From the NCBI GenBank assembly GCA_028534125.1, contig CM052816.1, forward strand, positions 17,424,001 to 17,488,000: a stretch of 64,000 bases of DNA. Reading direction: 5' to 3'. The DNA comes from Lama glama. Lineage: Eukaryota. The notes under the pieces were generated by a model. The model was not told the DNA's origin. It ran no database searches and saw only the letters and a list, made by a program, of their open reading frames with translations. This document shows, in pieces, positions 38,618 to 50,204 of the stretch; positions within the stretch are counted from its first letter, which is position 1; the number at the start of each line of letters is the position of its first letter. A program made the translations under genes and the position numbers.

Positions 38618-38755
38618 TTTTTTTTTCTGGAAAGCTTTTTTTTTTTAAATACATATGTGTGTATATATATACTTTTAATTGAAGTATAGTCAGTTTACAA
38701 TGTTGTGTCAATTTCTGGTGTACAGCATAATGCTTCAGTCACACATGAACATACA
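38618..38755 (-). mobile_element. Short 5'-truncated L1 3' end
   Basis: Perfect 16-bp TSD CCAAATAACATAACTT at 38602-38617 and 38756-38771; poly-T. Confidence 0.92.
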
Positions 38756-41700
38756 CCAAATAACATAACTTAACAGCTGCATAAAGTTCTGTTATAGAAA
38801 TGTAATTTGTTTAACTAGTCCTGTCTCTAAAATTTAGATTGTTTTCAAGTTTTCACTGTTATAAATCATGCTGAGAAGAGCAGCATTGTTGCTAAATGTT
38901 TGTAAACATTCTAAATGAGCTTATTAGGTTCAATTCTTATAGGCAAAGTTGTGAAGTCAGAGGTCAGAAACATTTCACATGGCTGTTAATATAAATGTCA
39001 TGAACTTGGCCTCCAGGAGGATTGTGCCAGTGTATGAGCCCACACACAGTTTATGACTTTTCCCTGTATCTAGAGAATAATGATTTTTAAAATGTGCCAA
39101 TTTGATAGGTGGTTTATTAGTTCAATGTTCTTTATTTTGGTTACAAGGCAGTTGACTGGGTCATAGTTTGACATTTGTATTTCTTGGTGAAGTGCCCGAT
39201 CCAGGCCTTAGCTTGTTTTCCCACTGATGTGTTCCTTCCCTCCTTGATTTGTTTGAGCTCTCCTTGTAGTTGATTCAAAATATAGGGAGCTTTCAGTGGT
39301 TAACGTCAAGGGCGCCTCACACCTCCCCAGGGTAGAATGCTGGGGCGGAGGTGCTGCGGCCTCTCCCGTCGTTTTAGAGAGGAGAAATGAGGAACAGCCA
39401 GGAACGTATGGCATGAATTGGGTCTCCCAGATCCCAACTCAATTCTCTCTACCACCTTTGTCCAAAGCAAGGACAGAAGAATCGACAGAGTAGCAGCCAC
39501 TATTGGCCAGTCCCCAGGGGTAAGGAGGAAAGAGGCTCCCTTCTTCTGAATCCTCACTGGACAGTCATTGAGAACCCGGTACGTGTCAGACGTGCTGCAA
39601 GCGCTGCGTATATGTGCTATCATCGTATTAAGATCCTGATGGGTATGTGCTACCGTTACCTCCATCCAGCAAATAAGCAAGCCAAAGCTCACAGAGAGTG
39701 AAAAACTTACAGTAACTGCACAGGCGTTACGGGATGGAGCTGAGATCCATGAACCAGTCTCTCTAACTCCAGAGTATGTGTTCTTCACGAAGGTTGTGCC
39801 GTTTGTGTTACACTTCCACTTTGAGATATCTTTGGGAGATGGAAAAGAACATTATGCACAGTTCTCCCCTAATAGAGCCACTGCCAGTCCCCGCAGTGTG
39901 TTTTCTTCCCTTTCCTCCTGCTGCAATCATTCTGTACATCCAATTCTGTAACTTGACTTTTTCTCACTCTGTGTTTTTCCATATTGCTTCATGGATTTTA
40001 TAGGCATCGTTTTAATGACCTGCATAATCTTTCTTTGTGGGGCAGATGCTAACTTCTTGAATTTAGTGTTCTCCCACTGCAGATCTTGGGAGAACTTCTG
40101 GGGACCCCCGCTGTCTATTCTATAGTTCTTCTTGACTTGATAACTTCATGCCTTTTCACTTCATGCCTTGAATGAAATAATACAAATTTAACTTGCAAAT
40201 TGCCTAAGGATGTCTTTCATAGTTGTAGGCATCTGTAAATTATACACGAATATGCGTGTAGCCGGGCAAATTCTTCTTAACACTTTGACTTAAAAAAAAA
40301 TCTAGTGGAGAAGAGTGTATAAGTGATTACAATTTCTTCTCTAAGTTTCTCAGTCCATAAAGGGGCGAATGACCTGCTTATGTGAGCCTCATGTGTGAGA
40401 CTTTAATAAGACATCACTGTGTAAGTTGTAAAGCATCTTAGAGGAACAGCAGTGACACTGCTGCATCATATTTATAGTGCTTCTCATGTGCAGACACTCG
40501 GCACTGGGAGTTTTACTTCTTAATCCTCCTCACAGCTCTATAAAGAAGGCATGCCATCATTGTTCCCATTTTACAGGCAAGAAAATGGGCCCAGAGAGGT
40601 TAACCGACTAGTCTGAGAGTCCAGAGCGAGTAAGAGGCTGAGCTGGTGTTTGAACCAAGCTCCCCATAGCCTCGGTGCCCTGTGCAGGCAGCACAGTGAT
40701 GGAGATTTGGGTCTACGGCAGACCTCTGGGACTGTCTTGCCCTTAGATGATGCCTTCTTAGAGTGGTTCACTCTCGGGGGCTTAAGCTGATTCAGTTTAG
40801 TGTATAGGACTTGGCGACCCATCTGTATTCCATTTTGGAAGTTATAGTAGGAAATATTTATAGGAAGTTTGGCTTTGGGTCACGCTAGTTTCCTGGGTGG
40901 TTTTAGAAGTCCTTTTGAGTTGTTCATGCTCCAATAAGACTGAATGCTCCGACTTCTCTGGGGGCTCAGTGAGCTAGTCTGGCTCATTGGGTTGTGTTTC
41001 CGAGGCTCACCTGGCTCTGCGTGACTTCTCTAGTTCCAGTTTCGCATTCTTGTTTCCATTCCACTGGGGAGTTTCCTCCATTTTGCTCTCAGTCTTGGGA
41101 TTCTTGCTGCGTTGGGGCCTCTTTGAGCAGCTTTACTCTCTGGAGGCACAGCCAAGCTCTCTGTCCACCCAGCATCTCCAGCCTCCATCTCCCTGAAGTG
41201 TGAACCTGCATCACCCCCCAACAGAAACCCTTCTAAAGGCCGAGACCTGATTTTGACCTGAAAGGGAAGGGAGCCCTGCCAGCCTGTTTCAAATTTTTGC
41301 CATGTGTATGGAGGTATATTTCTCTGCTTTAAATGAACAAAAAGCTAATGAGAAAAAGAAAAGACACTTGGCTGGCTTTTCTGGGAGAGGAAAAGAAAAT
41401 TGTCTTCAAGTCTCTGAGAGCTTGTTATTTAGTCAACAGAGATCAGGTATCTTGATATTTTCCATCTCAGAGCACAATGTAAGAGAAAGAGAGTGAGGCA
41501 GGCCTGCATCAAGGTGCAGACATCAACTTAGGAGCCAGAATGCCTGGGTTCAGATCCCTCGTCATCTTGAGCAAGTCATTTAACCCCTCCACACCTCAGA
41601 GTCCTCAACCACAAGGTGGGAGAACTGTGGCACTTGGTTCCCAGGGTTGGGTGAGGAAATTTTAATTGAACAAACACCCATATAACATGTATTCTGTGTA

Positions 41701-44700
41701 AGCACATTGCAAATATAAACTTGTTTAATCCTCTTGATAACCCTATGAGGTGAGCACTGTGCCGTTTTATTGATTCTAAGATGCATGCTGTTCTAACTTC
41801 TCTGAAATGGAAGCAGCCAACAGCTGACAGTGCCTTACAAACTCCAGGGATTGTTTTAGCCATTGCAGAACTAAGAGAATGTTCCAGACATAAGGATGTC
41901 CTAGCTTTTTGGGAACCTACAGGAGCACAAAAGAATCAAAGGTGAATTCTCTCCAGCTAGGCCAAGCCAGTTTACCTCCAGTGGTACAAACAGGTGCTGA
42001 AGTCTTCCCAGTTGGAGGAAGCTCCACGGGGCAGGGGCTGTCCCATCCCCCTGCTGTGCCCCTGGCATCATCTTGCCTGGCACGCAGGGCCTGCTCAGCA
42101 GCTGACTGTTGAATGAGTAAATGACGATTCGGAGGTGGCCTTCCCCAGAGCAACCCAGGCCCTTCCTTCTCATCCCCAGTGACTATTCACAAATGCGTCA
42201 GTGCCTGGAAGTCTCTCTCCCATGATCCCTGGACACCTCATTGGACTTCACTTGGAGGATTGCAGAGGTGGGTCAAGATACCACCTTACCTTGTTTCACC
42301 ATGTATCTTGCCAGCGGCCATCACTCTTAGAGGTAGATAGGGCCTCAGTATTCCTGGGTGAGGATCAAATGTGTGACCCCTGGCAGCCAAGTACTATCTT
42401 ACGCTCTTGTGATGATGAGGTTACATCACCATTATGGACCCTGAGGCAGATCAAGTTTTTTGGTGCCATGTTCAGTGAGTCATAGTTGTCAGTGCCTTTT
42501 GAAGCATATAAATCACAACTGTAAATAATTAGTATGATATTCCATTTCAATCTTGTTTCATGGGACAGGACACTAGATTTCATGACAAAGATATATATTG
42601 TGTATAAATGAACTAGTAATGCATCAGAAGGTGACTTTGCACTAGTGTGAAATTTAGTGTGGGAGGTGGGGGAAACAGAGGGCAGTGGGGATGGCACCTG
42701 TGGGGCTGAGTGCTGTGGTGGGTCACAGTGGGGCCTTTGATATCAAGTGGTGGCCAGTTGAAATACTGGCTCTTCTGTTTACTTTCTGAGGGATCCCGAA
42801 TGAGGGACCACACAATGCTGGGACTCAGTGTCTCCCTCTGTGCAATGGGGCTTATCTCAGTGCCACTTCCCAGGGGGTAGTCATGAGGATTGCATTAGAT
42901 AACACACAGGATCTCAGTATCTGACATGTCGTAAGTGCTCCTTGCACATCAGCAAATGTCACTAATACTGTCACCCTCATGACTTTTCTCTCTGTGGTCA
43001 GGACTTTGACTCCCTCAGCTCTGTCCCTGGGTAGTTACTTGGCCATTAGGCTTTTCTGACAGTTACTTTCGTTTCTTTGTGCAGTCTTCACTTGCTTAAA
43101 ATCAATTTCCCCAAACTAAGTTGCCTATTCGCCATGGCTCTGCATTGGGGGGAAGAAAGCAAGGAGGCACGTGAGGTGGGGGTGGCAATGGGGGATGCGG
43201 GAGATGGAGAGAGATGGAGGGAGGCTGGCTCTGCTGAACACACATAATCAATAGGTGAAACTGACATGTTCATAAAAGTTACAGGCCCTGCTGGGCAGCT
43301 GTTTTCAATGGTGCCAAGAAATGCATCAATTTCATTTTTCCTCTTCTTGGGGCCAGGAAGTGTTCCAGCATCACTCTCAAACCAGCAGAACAGCCTGTGA
43401 GTGGAGAGGTCACACCACCCCCTCTGTCACCACCTTCCATCCGCAGAGTGTTGGGGAGTTATGATATCAACATAAACCTGGCAGTATCTTTGCTTCTGAG
43501 AAGAAAAGAAAATAAATGCATTGAGCCATGGGCATTTACCAATTCACTCAGTATTTATTGTGTACCCTCTATGGACCAGATGCTGTTTTAGGCATTGCAG
43601 GTTCAGCAACAAACAAAACAGACATACACCTGGACCCCGCCCTGGTGCCCTGAGTGTTTGGTGGGAGATGGACAGCTGTGATGAGTGCCATGAGGTTGTC
43701 GGGGTCACAGGAGCCTTTTCTGAGGACTTGGAGTAAAGCTGTGACCTGAAGGGTGATGGGACTGGCTAGGAAGAGGGCAGGAAGCGAGGAGAGCATCCAG
43801 CTGTAGGGAGCCCCCTAAAATGCCCTGAGGTGGAGAGGCAGGGTGCAGGTGATCATTAGGGGAGGGGCTGGCAGCCCCTAGGCCTAGTAGGTGCATAGGT
43901 CGTCATGGGGGTGGTCCCTGATCTTCACCCTGAAAACCTGGAAAGGTCAGTAAGGAGAGAGAACCGATCATGTTTATACCAAGAGACGACCACTCTGGAG
44001 CCTCTATGGAGAATGAATTACACACAACCAGCCGAGAGGCAGAGACCCTTGTCAGGGGCCTGGCAGAGTGCAGGTGAGAGGTGTCTGGAAAGTGGACTCT
44101 AGAAGCAGAGCAATTGAGAAGAGTGGGTGGAACTGGAAATACTGCAAAAGTAGACTGGACAGATCGGTGACTCATTGAAAGTGGTGGCTGAGAAGGAAGT
44201 CAGAATGACGCTAGCATCCGGGGTGCTGGTGGTCATTTTCCTGGGGCAGGGATGTGGGGAGGGGAGCAGGCTTGGCTGGTGGATGCGGCTTCAGCATTCA
44301 GTTTTGGACTTACTGAGTTCAAAAACACCAGTGAGTCAGGCGCCAAATGGAGATGCCACGTGGCAGGTTGGTATATGAGTCTACAACTCAACACAAACCT
44401 AGGCTGAGGACAGGTATCACAGGCTCCTCTTTTATCAGATGGGGCCCAATGCGTGATTCTCATTCCAGCCAGCAGAGCATCAGAAAGTGTGGGCTCCACC
44501 TAGAACCTTCCACGACTAGATCTGTCTTTCTCTCTGTCTGTGACCTTGAGCAATTCATCTAACGTTTCTGTGCGCCCCTGTCCCCAGCATAAAATTGTGA
44601 TAGTTATGTCCGCTTCAGACTACCCATGTTTGAGGATCCATTAAACGGAAAATAAAACATGTGGGGCTCTTTGGAAATAAGAACTATGTTAAAACAAGGA

Positions 44701-47435
44701 GTTATTATAGTTGTGTGTAAGCCAATGACAAGCAGAAATACAGCCCTGAGGCTCAGTATTGATTTTGGTCCCGGGTGCTTCCCATGGCTGAATAAATCTG
44801 ACATCCCTCCCCTCAAGCGCTGGCCGAGCTGATGGCAGGTCTCCAGCTTCTAGCTTCTTGCCCCTGCTCCAAGGTTATGTCCTTTCTCTGCTCGGGCCAG
44901 ATCCAGCACCCTGACACCTGCCTGTGCTGCTCTGGCTGCCCTTCCACCCTGGTGGGTGGTTACAGGGAAGATTCCAGTTGTAAAGTTGGAGCCTGGCCAA
45001 AGGCAGATGCCCTCTGATTAAACTTGGGACAGGCTCAGCCAGAAAAGCAGAGCTTGGATCTGCAGAACAAGGAGTTTGAGGGTGATCAAAGGAAACGTCC
45101 CCAGACAAGTAGTTTTCAAACTTTGGGGTCAGTTAAGGATTATAGAGCTGGCATCAATCATTCATTCTGTTATTGGATAAATATTTATTGAATGCCCACT
45201 GCATGCCAGGCTGTGAGATAAGCCAGGGGATATAGGAGTGAAAAAGACAATATTTTTGCCTTTGTGGAATTGATATTTGAATTGGAAGAGAGAGAGACAA
45301 CAGGACAAAATAACTCTTAAGGGAACAACCGAGTACAGAGATGGAGAGTAGTGATGTGGCTGGGATGGGAAGGTCTTGTTTTAGATGGGGTGGTCAGAGA
45401 AGGCTTCAAAGAGATGGTGACATGTGAGCTGAGATTTGACAGCTAAGAGGGAGCTGAGCTGTGAAGAGCAGGGAGAGGACCATTCAGGCAGAGGGTGTGG
45501 CCAGTGCAGAGGACTGAGGTGAGAACATGCTTGGCATGTGTGCAAAGCCATGAACAGGAGTGTGGCTAAAATCCAGGGAATCCAGGGGATGGGTTGAGGG
45601 TGGATGGTACAGGGCTTTATCGGTCACGGGAAGGAGTCTGGATTTTTGTGTTAGTGTCCTGGAGAACCACTGAACAGTTTTATACGAAGGAGTAATTTCT
45701 GTTTTAAAAGATTGCTCTGACCCATGTGTGGATAATGGGTTGGAAGGGAAAGGAAAGAATCAAGGAAATTAGCCACAAAGCCACTGTAGTCCTCCAGGTG
45801 GGGAGTGATAGCCAAGTAGATGGTGTGGGGCCCATGGGTGTGGAATCAGGAGGCTGGACTGGAGGGGAGTTCGGAAGTGGAGGGGACCATCTTGCTGACA
45901 GATGGGCAGCGAGGGGCCAGGGAAAAGGAGGGATTGAAGATGACTTGTAAGTTCCTGGCTTTAGCAGTTACGTGGATGGGGATACATTTATTGTTATAGG
46001 GATGACTCTGAGCGCAGGTTTGTGGAGGGAAATCTAGACTTCTGATCTGACCTGGTAAGGTTTGACATGCCCCTGGGGCATCTGGAGGAGAGGTCAAGTA
46101 TGATGTTGGACATCGAGTTGGAAATTATCACATACTTCCGGGTTGGAAATGGAACTGGAGAATCTCAGCACAGGACAGGACATGAACACCTAGAAAGGGC
46201 AGACAGCCTTGGCCTGAGCCCTGAGAACCTCTGGTATGTACATGGGGAGCAGGAAAGCCAAGAGGGATGGAGCCTAAAGGAACTTCTCAGAGGTCAAGGA
46301 GGGGAGGACTGAGGGCTTACTCTTGGTGGGGTGACTTGGAGGAGGCTGCTGATGGTAACAAGTCATGTCAGTTGGTCAGTGAGGGTGAAAGGATGATTAG
46401 TGGGGGTGGACAAAAGAATTGGAGCTGAGAAGACAGAAAGGACGCCAGGGGACAACTCTGGAAAAGTTTTGCCAACAAACTGGGCAGAGAAATGGGGCAG
46501 TAGCTACTTCCTTGGGTTTCCATGAAAGTTAGAAATGTTCTCTCCATCATTTCTACACCTCTCTTCTGCTGTGATACCCCCAGGACATGATATTGAATTA
46601 CCTAAAATATTCCCATGATAAAATAAGCCGTGGATGCCATGAAGTCCCCCATATATCTACTCCTTTATCTCCCTTTGAAGAAAGCTTCTAGGAATGTAAA
46701 TCAGTCAGAGTGATGTTGGAATAAGCATCTGTTACTTTTTAGGAAAAAATCATAATCGAATTTCCACACTAAACTGCATGCAACCAAATTTGCAGCACAA
46801 CTTAAAACTGACTGCATCACACATGTTGGGGTATGTGGGCTGAGAAGCATGGTTCCAGACCCTGATTGGGTGCCACTCATTTGTTCACTCATCCAGTATT
46901 TTCTGAGCACTTGCTACGTGTCAGAAGCCTGGCTCTGAGCACTGGGGGCAGTGATGAACCAGCTAAATTTGGCCTCTGCCCTCAGGGAACTCCGGGCAGG
47001 CAGGGACCCAGACAAGGAATAAGTGATTTCAAGTGCAGTGACCTTACAGCTGAGAAGCATAGTGTTCTCAAGAGTTACCAGTGTCCTGGCCGGGCCCACT
47101 GTCTGAAGAGGTCAGGGGGCATAAGCCAAGAGGTGAATCATTGAGGCCTGTGTTGCAGGTGGGTGTGATCAGCAGCCCCAGCAGAAGTGAACGCCCAGTG
47201 CTAGAGGGAGCCCATCACCACTGAGGTCCATACAAAGGCCAGCCTGTCTGGGAAGTCAGGGAAGGAGAGGGGTGTGGGTGAGGCAGGGAGGCGTCAGAGG
47301 CAGCCAAAGAGGCGGGCAGGGCCAGGTGAGCTGGGCCCAGAGCTCCAGATATGAATTCAGTCTTTATCAGGAAAGCAATATGAAGAGACCAAAGTGTGCA
47401 TTGAGAGGAGATGGGTGAGGATGTCGGATCTGTTC

Positions 47436-48357
47436 TTTTTTTTTTTTTGGAAGCTTTCTATTTTTTAAAAAAATATTTTTATTGAAGTACAGTCAGTTTA
47501 CAATGTTGTGCAAATTTCTGGTGTACAGCACAATGCTTTAGTCACACAGGAACATACATACAATCTTTCTCATGTTCTTCACAATAGGTTACTACAAGAT
47601 ATTGAATATGGTTCCCTGTGCTCTACAGCATAAACTTATTTATCTATTTTATGTATAGTAGTTATTATCTGCAAATCTTGAATTCCCAATTTATCCCCTC
47701 CTCCCACCCCACCCCGGGGTAATCATAAGTTTGTTTTCTATGTCTGTGAGTCTATTTCTGTTTTGTAAATAAGTACGTTTGTCTTTTTTTTTAGATTCCA
47801 CATATAAGTGATATGTGGTATTTTTCTTTTTGTTTCTGGCTTACTTCACTTAGAATGACATCTTCTAGGTTCATCCATGTTGGTACAAATGGCCTTATTT
47901 TATTATTTTTTATGGCTGAGTAGTATTCCATTGTATAAATGTACCACAGCTTCTTTATCTAGTCATCTGTTAATAGACATTTAGGTTGTTTCCATGTCTT
48001 GGCTATTGTAAATAGTGCTGCTATGAATATTGGGGTGCATGTGTCTTTTTGAATTAAGGTTCCCTCTGGATATATGACCAGTGAGATTGCTGAGTCATAA
48101 AGTCTATTTTTAGGTTTTTGAGGAATCTCCATACTGTTTTCCATAACGGCAGCACCAAACTGCATTCCCACCAGCAGTGTAGGAGGGTACCCTTTTCTCC
48201 ACACCTTCTCCAGGATTTATCGTTTGTGGACTTTTGAATGATTGCCATTCTGACTGGTGTGAGGTGATACCTCATTGTAGTTTTGATTTGCATTTCTCTG
48301 ATAATTAGCAATACTGAGCATTTTTTCATGTGTCTATTGGCCATTTGTATGTCTTCT
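47436..48357 (-). mobile_element. L1 ORF2 C-terminus and 3' UTR
   Basis: Minus-strand ORFs contain [14 protein letters not shown]...[19 protein letters not shown]...[10 protein letters not shown] and DTCTPIFIAALFTIAKTWKQPKC; poly-T. Confidence 0.95.
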
Positions 48358-49152
48358 AAAGGAGTACTCAGCTGTCTGGGGAATGGGTTGTGGTTGTACA
48401 AGAGAAAGGTGGCGGGTAAGTGTCACCTGCACCCAGGCAGGGACTGCACTAATCCCTTCCAGCTTCTTCGATCAGACTTGCCTGGGGATCTGGAAAGCAG
48501 ATGGGGTTGGAGGCAAGGCCAGCTTCCAGCCTCATGACCTGCCCCTGAAGCCTGGCCTGGTTCTCCTCCCTCCCAACCTGCCTCTGTAGAAAAACCCAAC
48601 ATGCTGGTGCTGGAGCCAGTTCTTAAGTGGGGAGGGGCAGAAGCAGGAACGGGCTTCTGTGCAGAATACCAACGGACGCCACAGGGTCAGTGTGGGGACA
48701 CAAGGCTATAGAAATGATAGAAATGGAGGCCAAAAGGCTGTCTTAAGGGATTGATGGCAGTGGGCATGGTATATAGGGCATGGGAGAGCAGAGATACAGG
48801 TGGGTTCGTGATCTGAGTTGGAGCAATGCAGAAATCCACTCACCTCTGGGAGACTTTCCTAAGGAATGCTGATTCAGCAAGCCTGGGGCGTGAGCCAGGA
48901 ATCCCTATTTTAAAGAAGCCCTCCCCTCCCCCCATCGAGGTGATTTTGACTTAAATGGCCCTCCGAACTTCCTCTTGAGAATGCCTCAACGCTGGCCGGC
49001 TTCTTGACCTTAGATCTTCAGTACTCTCAACTGTCTCTCACTAGCGTGGGCCTGAAAGCTTCTTTCAGCCCTGCAATAAGATATGGGTAACCAGATCCCT
49101 GGCTGTTGGACCAGGGGCGGCGGGGCTGTCGGGCGGGCGGTACAGCAGCTCG

Positions 49153-49171
49153 CGGCCGCCAGGGGTCGCCA
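49153..49171 (+). promoter_or_regulatory. Candidate CTCF site
   Basis: CGGCCGCCAGGGGTCGCCA is close to the CTCF core consensus (CCASYAGRKGGCRS), with G for A at core position 3 and one G>T change. Confidence 0.45.
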
Positions 49172-49229
49172 GAGGCCTCCGCTCGTGCGCTCGGGCTCTT
49201 CCGCCCGCGGACGCCGCGCCCGAGCGAGC

Positions 49230-49395
49230 GAGCGGAGCCAGAGCGCTTCGGGCTCACAAAGCGGCCGGACGCGCGGCGGCGGCGGCGGCGGCGGCAGCAG
49301 GAGCGCAGGGGAGCTAGCTAGCCTGTCAGCCTTCTCGGAAACCGCGCCACAGGAACCTAGCAACTCGGACGCGGGGACCCGGGTCGGGCCCCAAG
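49230..49395 (+). other. SPOCK1: Probable SPOCK1 non-coding exon 1 (5' UTR); start approximate
   Basis: Donor AAG|GTACGT at 49393-49401 within the CpG island. The coding exon starts at a splice acceptor, so an upstream exon is required. The TSS cannot be read from sequence. Confidence 0.7.
49274..49300 (+). repeat. (CGG)7(CAG)2 trinucleotide tract in the probable 5' UTR
   Basis: Read directly. Confidence 0.95.
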
Positions 49396-50018
49396 GTACG
49401 TGCCCCGCGGAACCCCGCGCCCCAACTTGGCGTGCTTGGGACCTCCTCGCGGCCACTGAGGGGCTGGCAGGGTCAGGGCCTGGGACTGTCTCCACTCGCC
49501 CCCTTTTCGCCGAGGCGGCTGGGCGGGCGAGGGGAGAAGCCCCAGCTGCGGGTACCCCCCACCCCCCATTCCTCGTTTTGCGAGAGCCTGGACTGCTGCT
49601 AGGAGCCCTGTTACTCTCGCCCTACTGCGGAGCTCTGGGCACCGTCTCTGGGAGTGCGGCTTGAGGACTGAGGGCTCCCCATTTTCGGTGAGGGATACTG
49701 AAGCCCCTATCCGAGAGTGGCGGTCAGTGAGGCGCCCGGAGAATAGATGACACAGGTCCTCTGTAGTTTGGTAGCAGCCCCTAATTTGTGACGCAGCCTC
49801 TTTATTTGCAACTGAGCCCCCCCCTCCCCATTCGTGAGAAGGGTCTCGGTCTGTAGACCGCCCCAGGTGTGCGAGGGTTGACCCTGGCCCTGCTGGGAGA
49901 TTCCCCGCCCCTACAGCGGGGCCCGGGGGCGGAGGCGCTCAGCCCTCCGCGCCGGGCGAGGGGCTCGCCACCGCCCTGGCGTCCCGGCTCACCGCCCCCG
50001 CGTGCCCCTGCCCCGCAG
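49396..50018 (+). other. SPOCK1: SPOCK1 intron 1 (623 bp, GT-AG)
   Basis: GT at 49396, branch-point-like CTCAC at 49988-49992, C-rich tract, CAG ending at 50018. Confidence 0.7.
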
Positions 50019-50204
50019 ATGCCGGCGATTGCGGTGCTCGCGGCGGCCGCCGCGGCGTGGTGCTTCCTCCAGGTCGAGAGCCGGCACCTGGACGCGCTGG
50101 CTGGAGGCGCGGGCCCCAACAACGGCAATTTCCTAGACAATGACCAGTGGCTGAGCACAGTCTCCCAGTATGACCGGGACAAGTACTGGAACCGCTTTCG
50201 AGAC
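50019..50204 (+). CDS. SPOCK1: SPOCK1 (testican-1) first coding exon, 62 codons: signal peptide plus N-terminal region; gene continues beyond window
   Basis: Translates to MPAIAVLAAAAAAWCFLQVESRHLDALAGGAGPNNGNFLDNDQWLSTVSQYDRDKYWNRFRD, recognised as the testican-1 N-terminus. Preceded by acceptor CAG (50016-50018) and followed by phase-0 donor GTGAGT (50205-50210). Confidence 0.97.

Noticed and set aside
44902..44922. REST/RE1-like site TCCAGCACCCTGACACCTGCC
   Set aside because: Wrong spacing and a degenerate right half-site.
1..49000. Exons of an upstream neighbouring gene, or a novel multi-gene system
   Set aside because: No recognisable coding exons; the region is explained by repeats and unique non-coding DNA. 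Small or non-coding exons cannot be excluded by eye.
49083..49664. 193-aa + strand ORF and overlapping - strand ORFs in the CpG island
   Set aside because: Stop-poor GC-rich DNA giving low-complexity G/A/R/P peptides. The ORF crosses the inferred exon 1 donor, and after splicing the 49083 ATG would be out of frame with SPOCK1 (313 nt to the junction).
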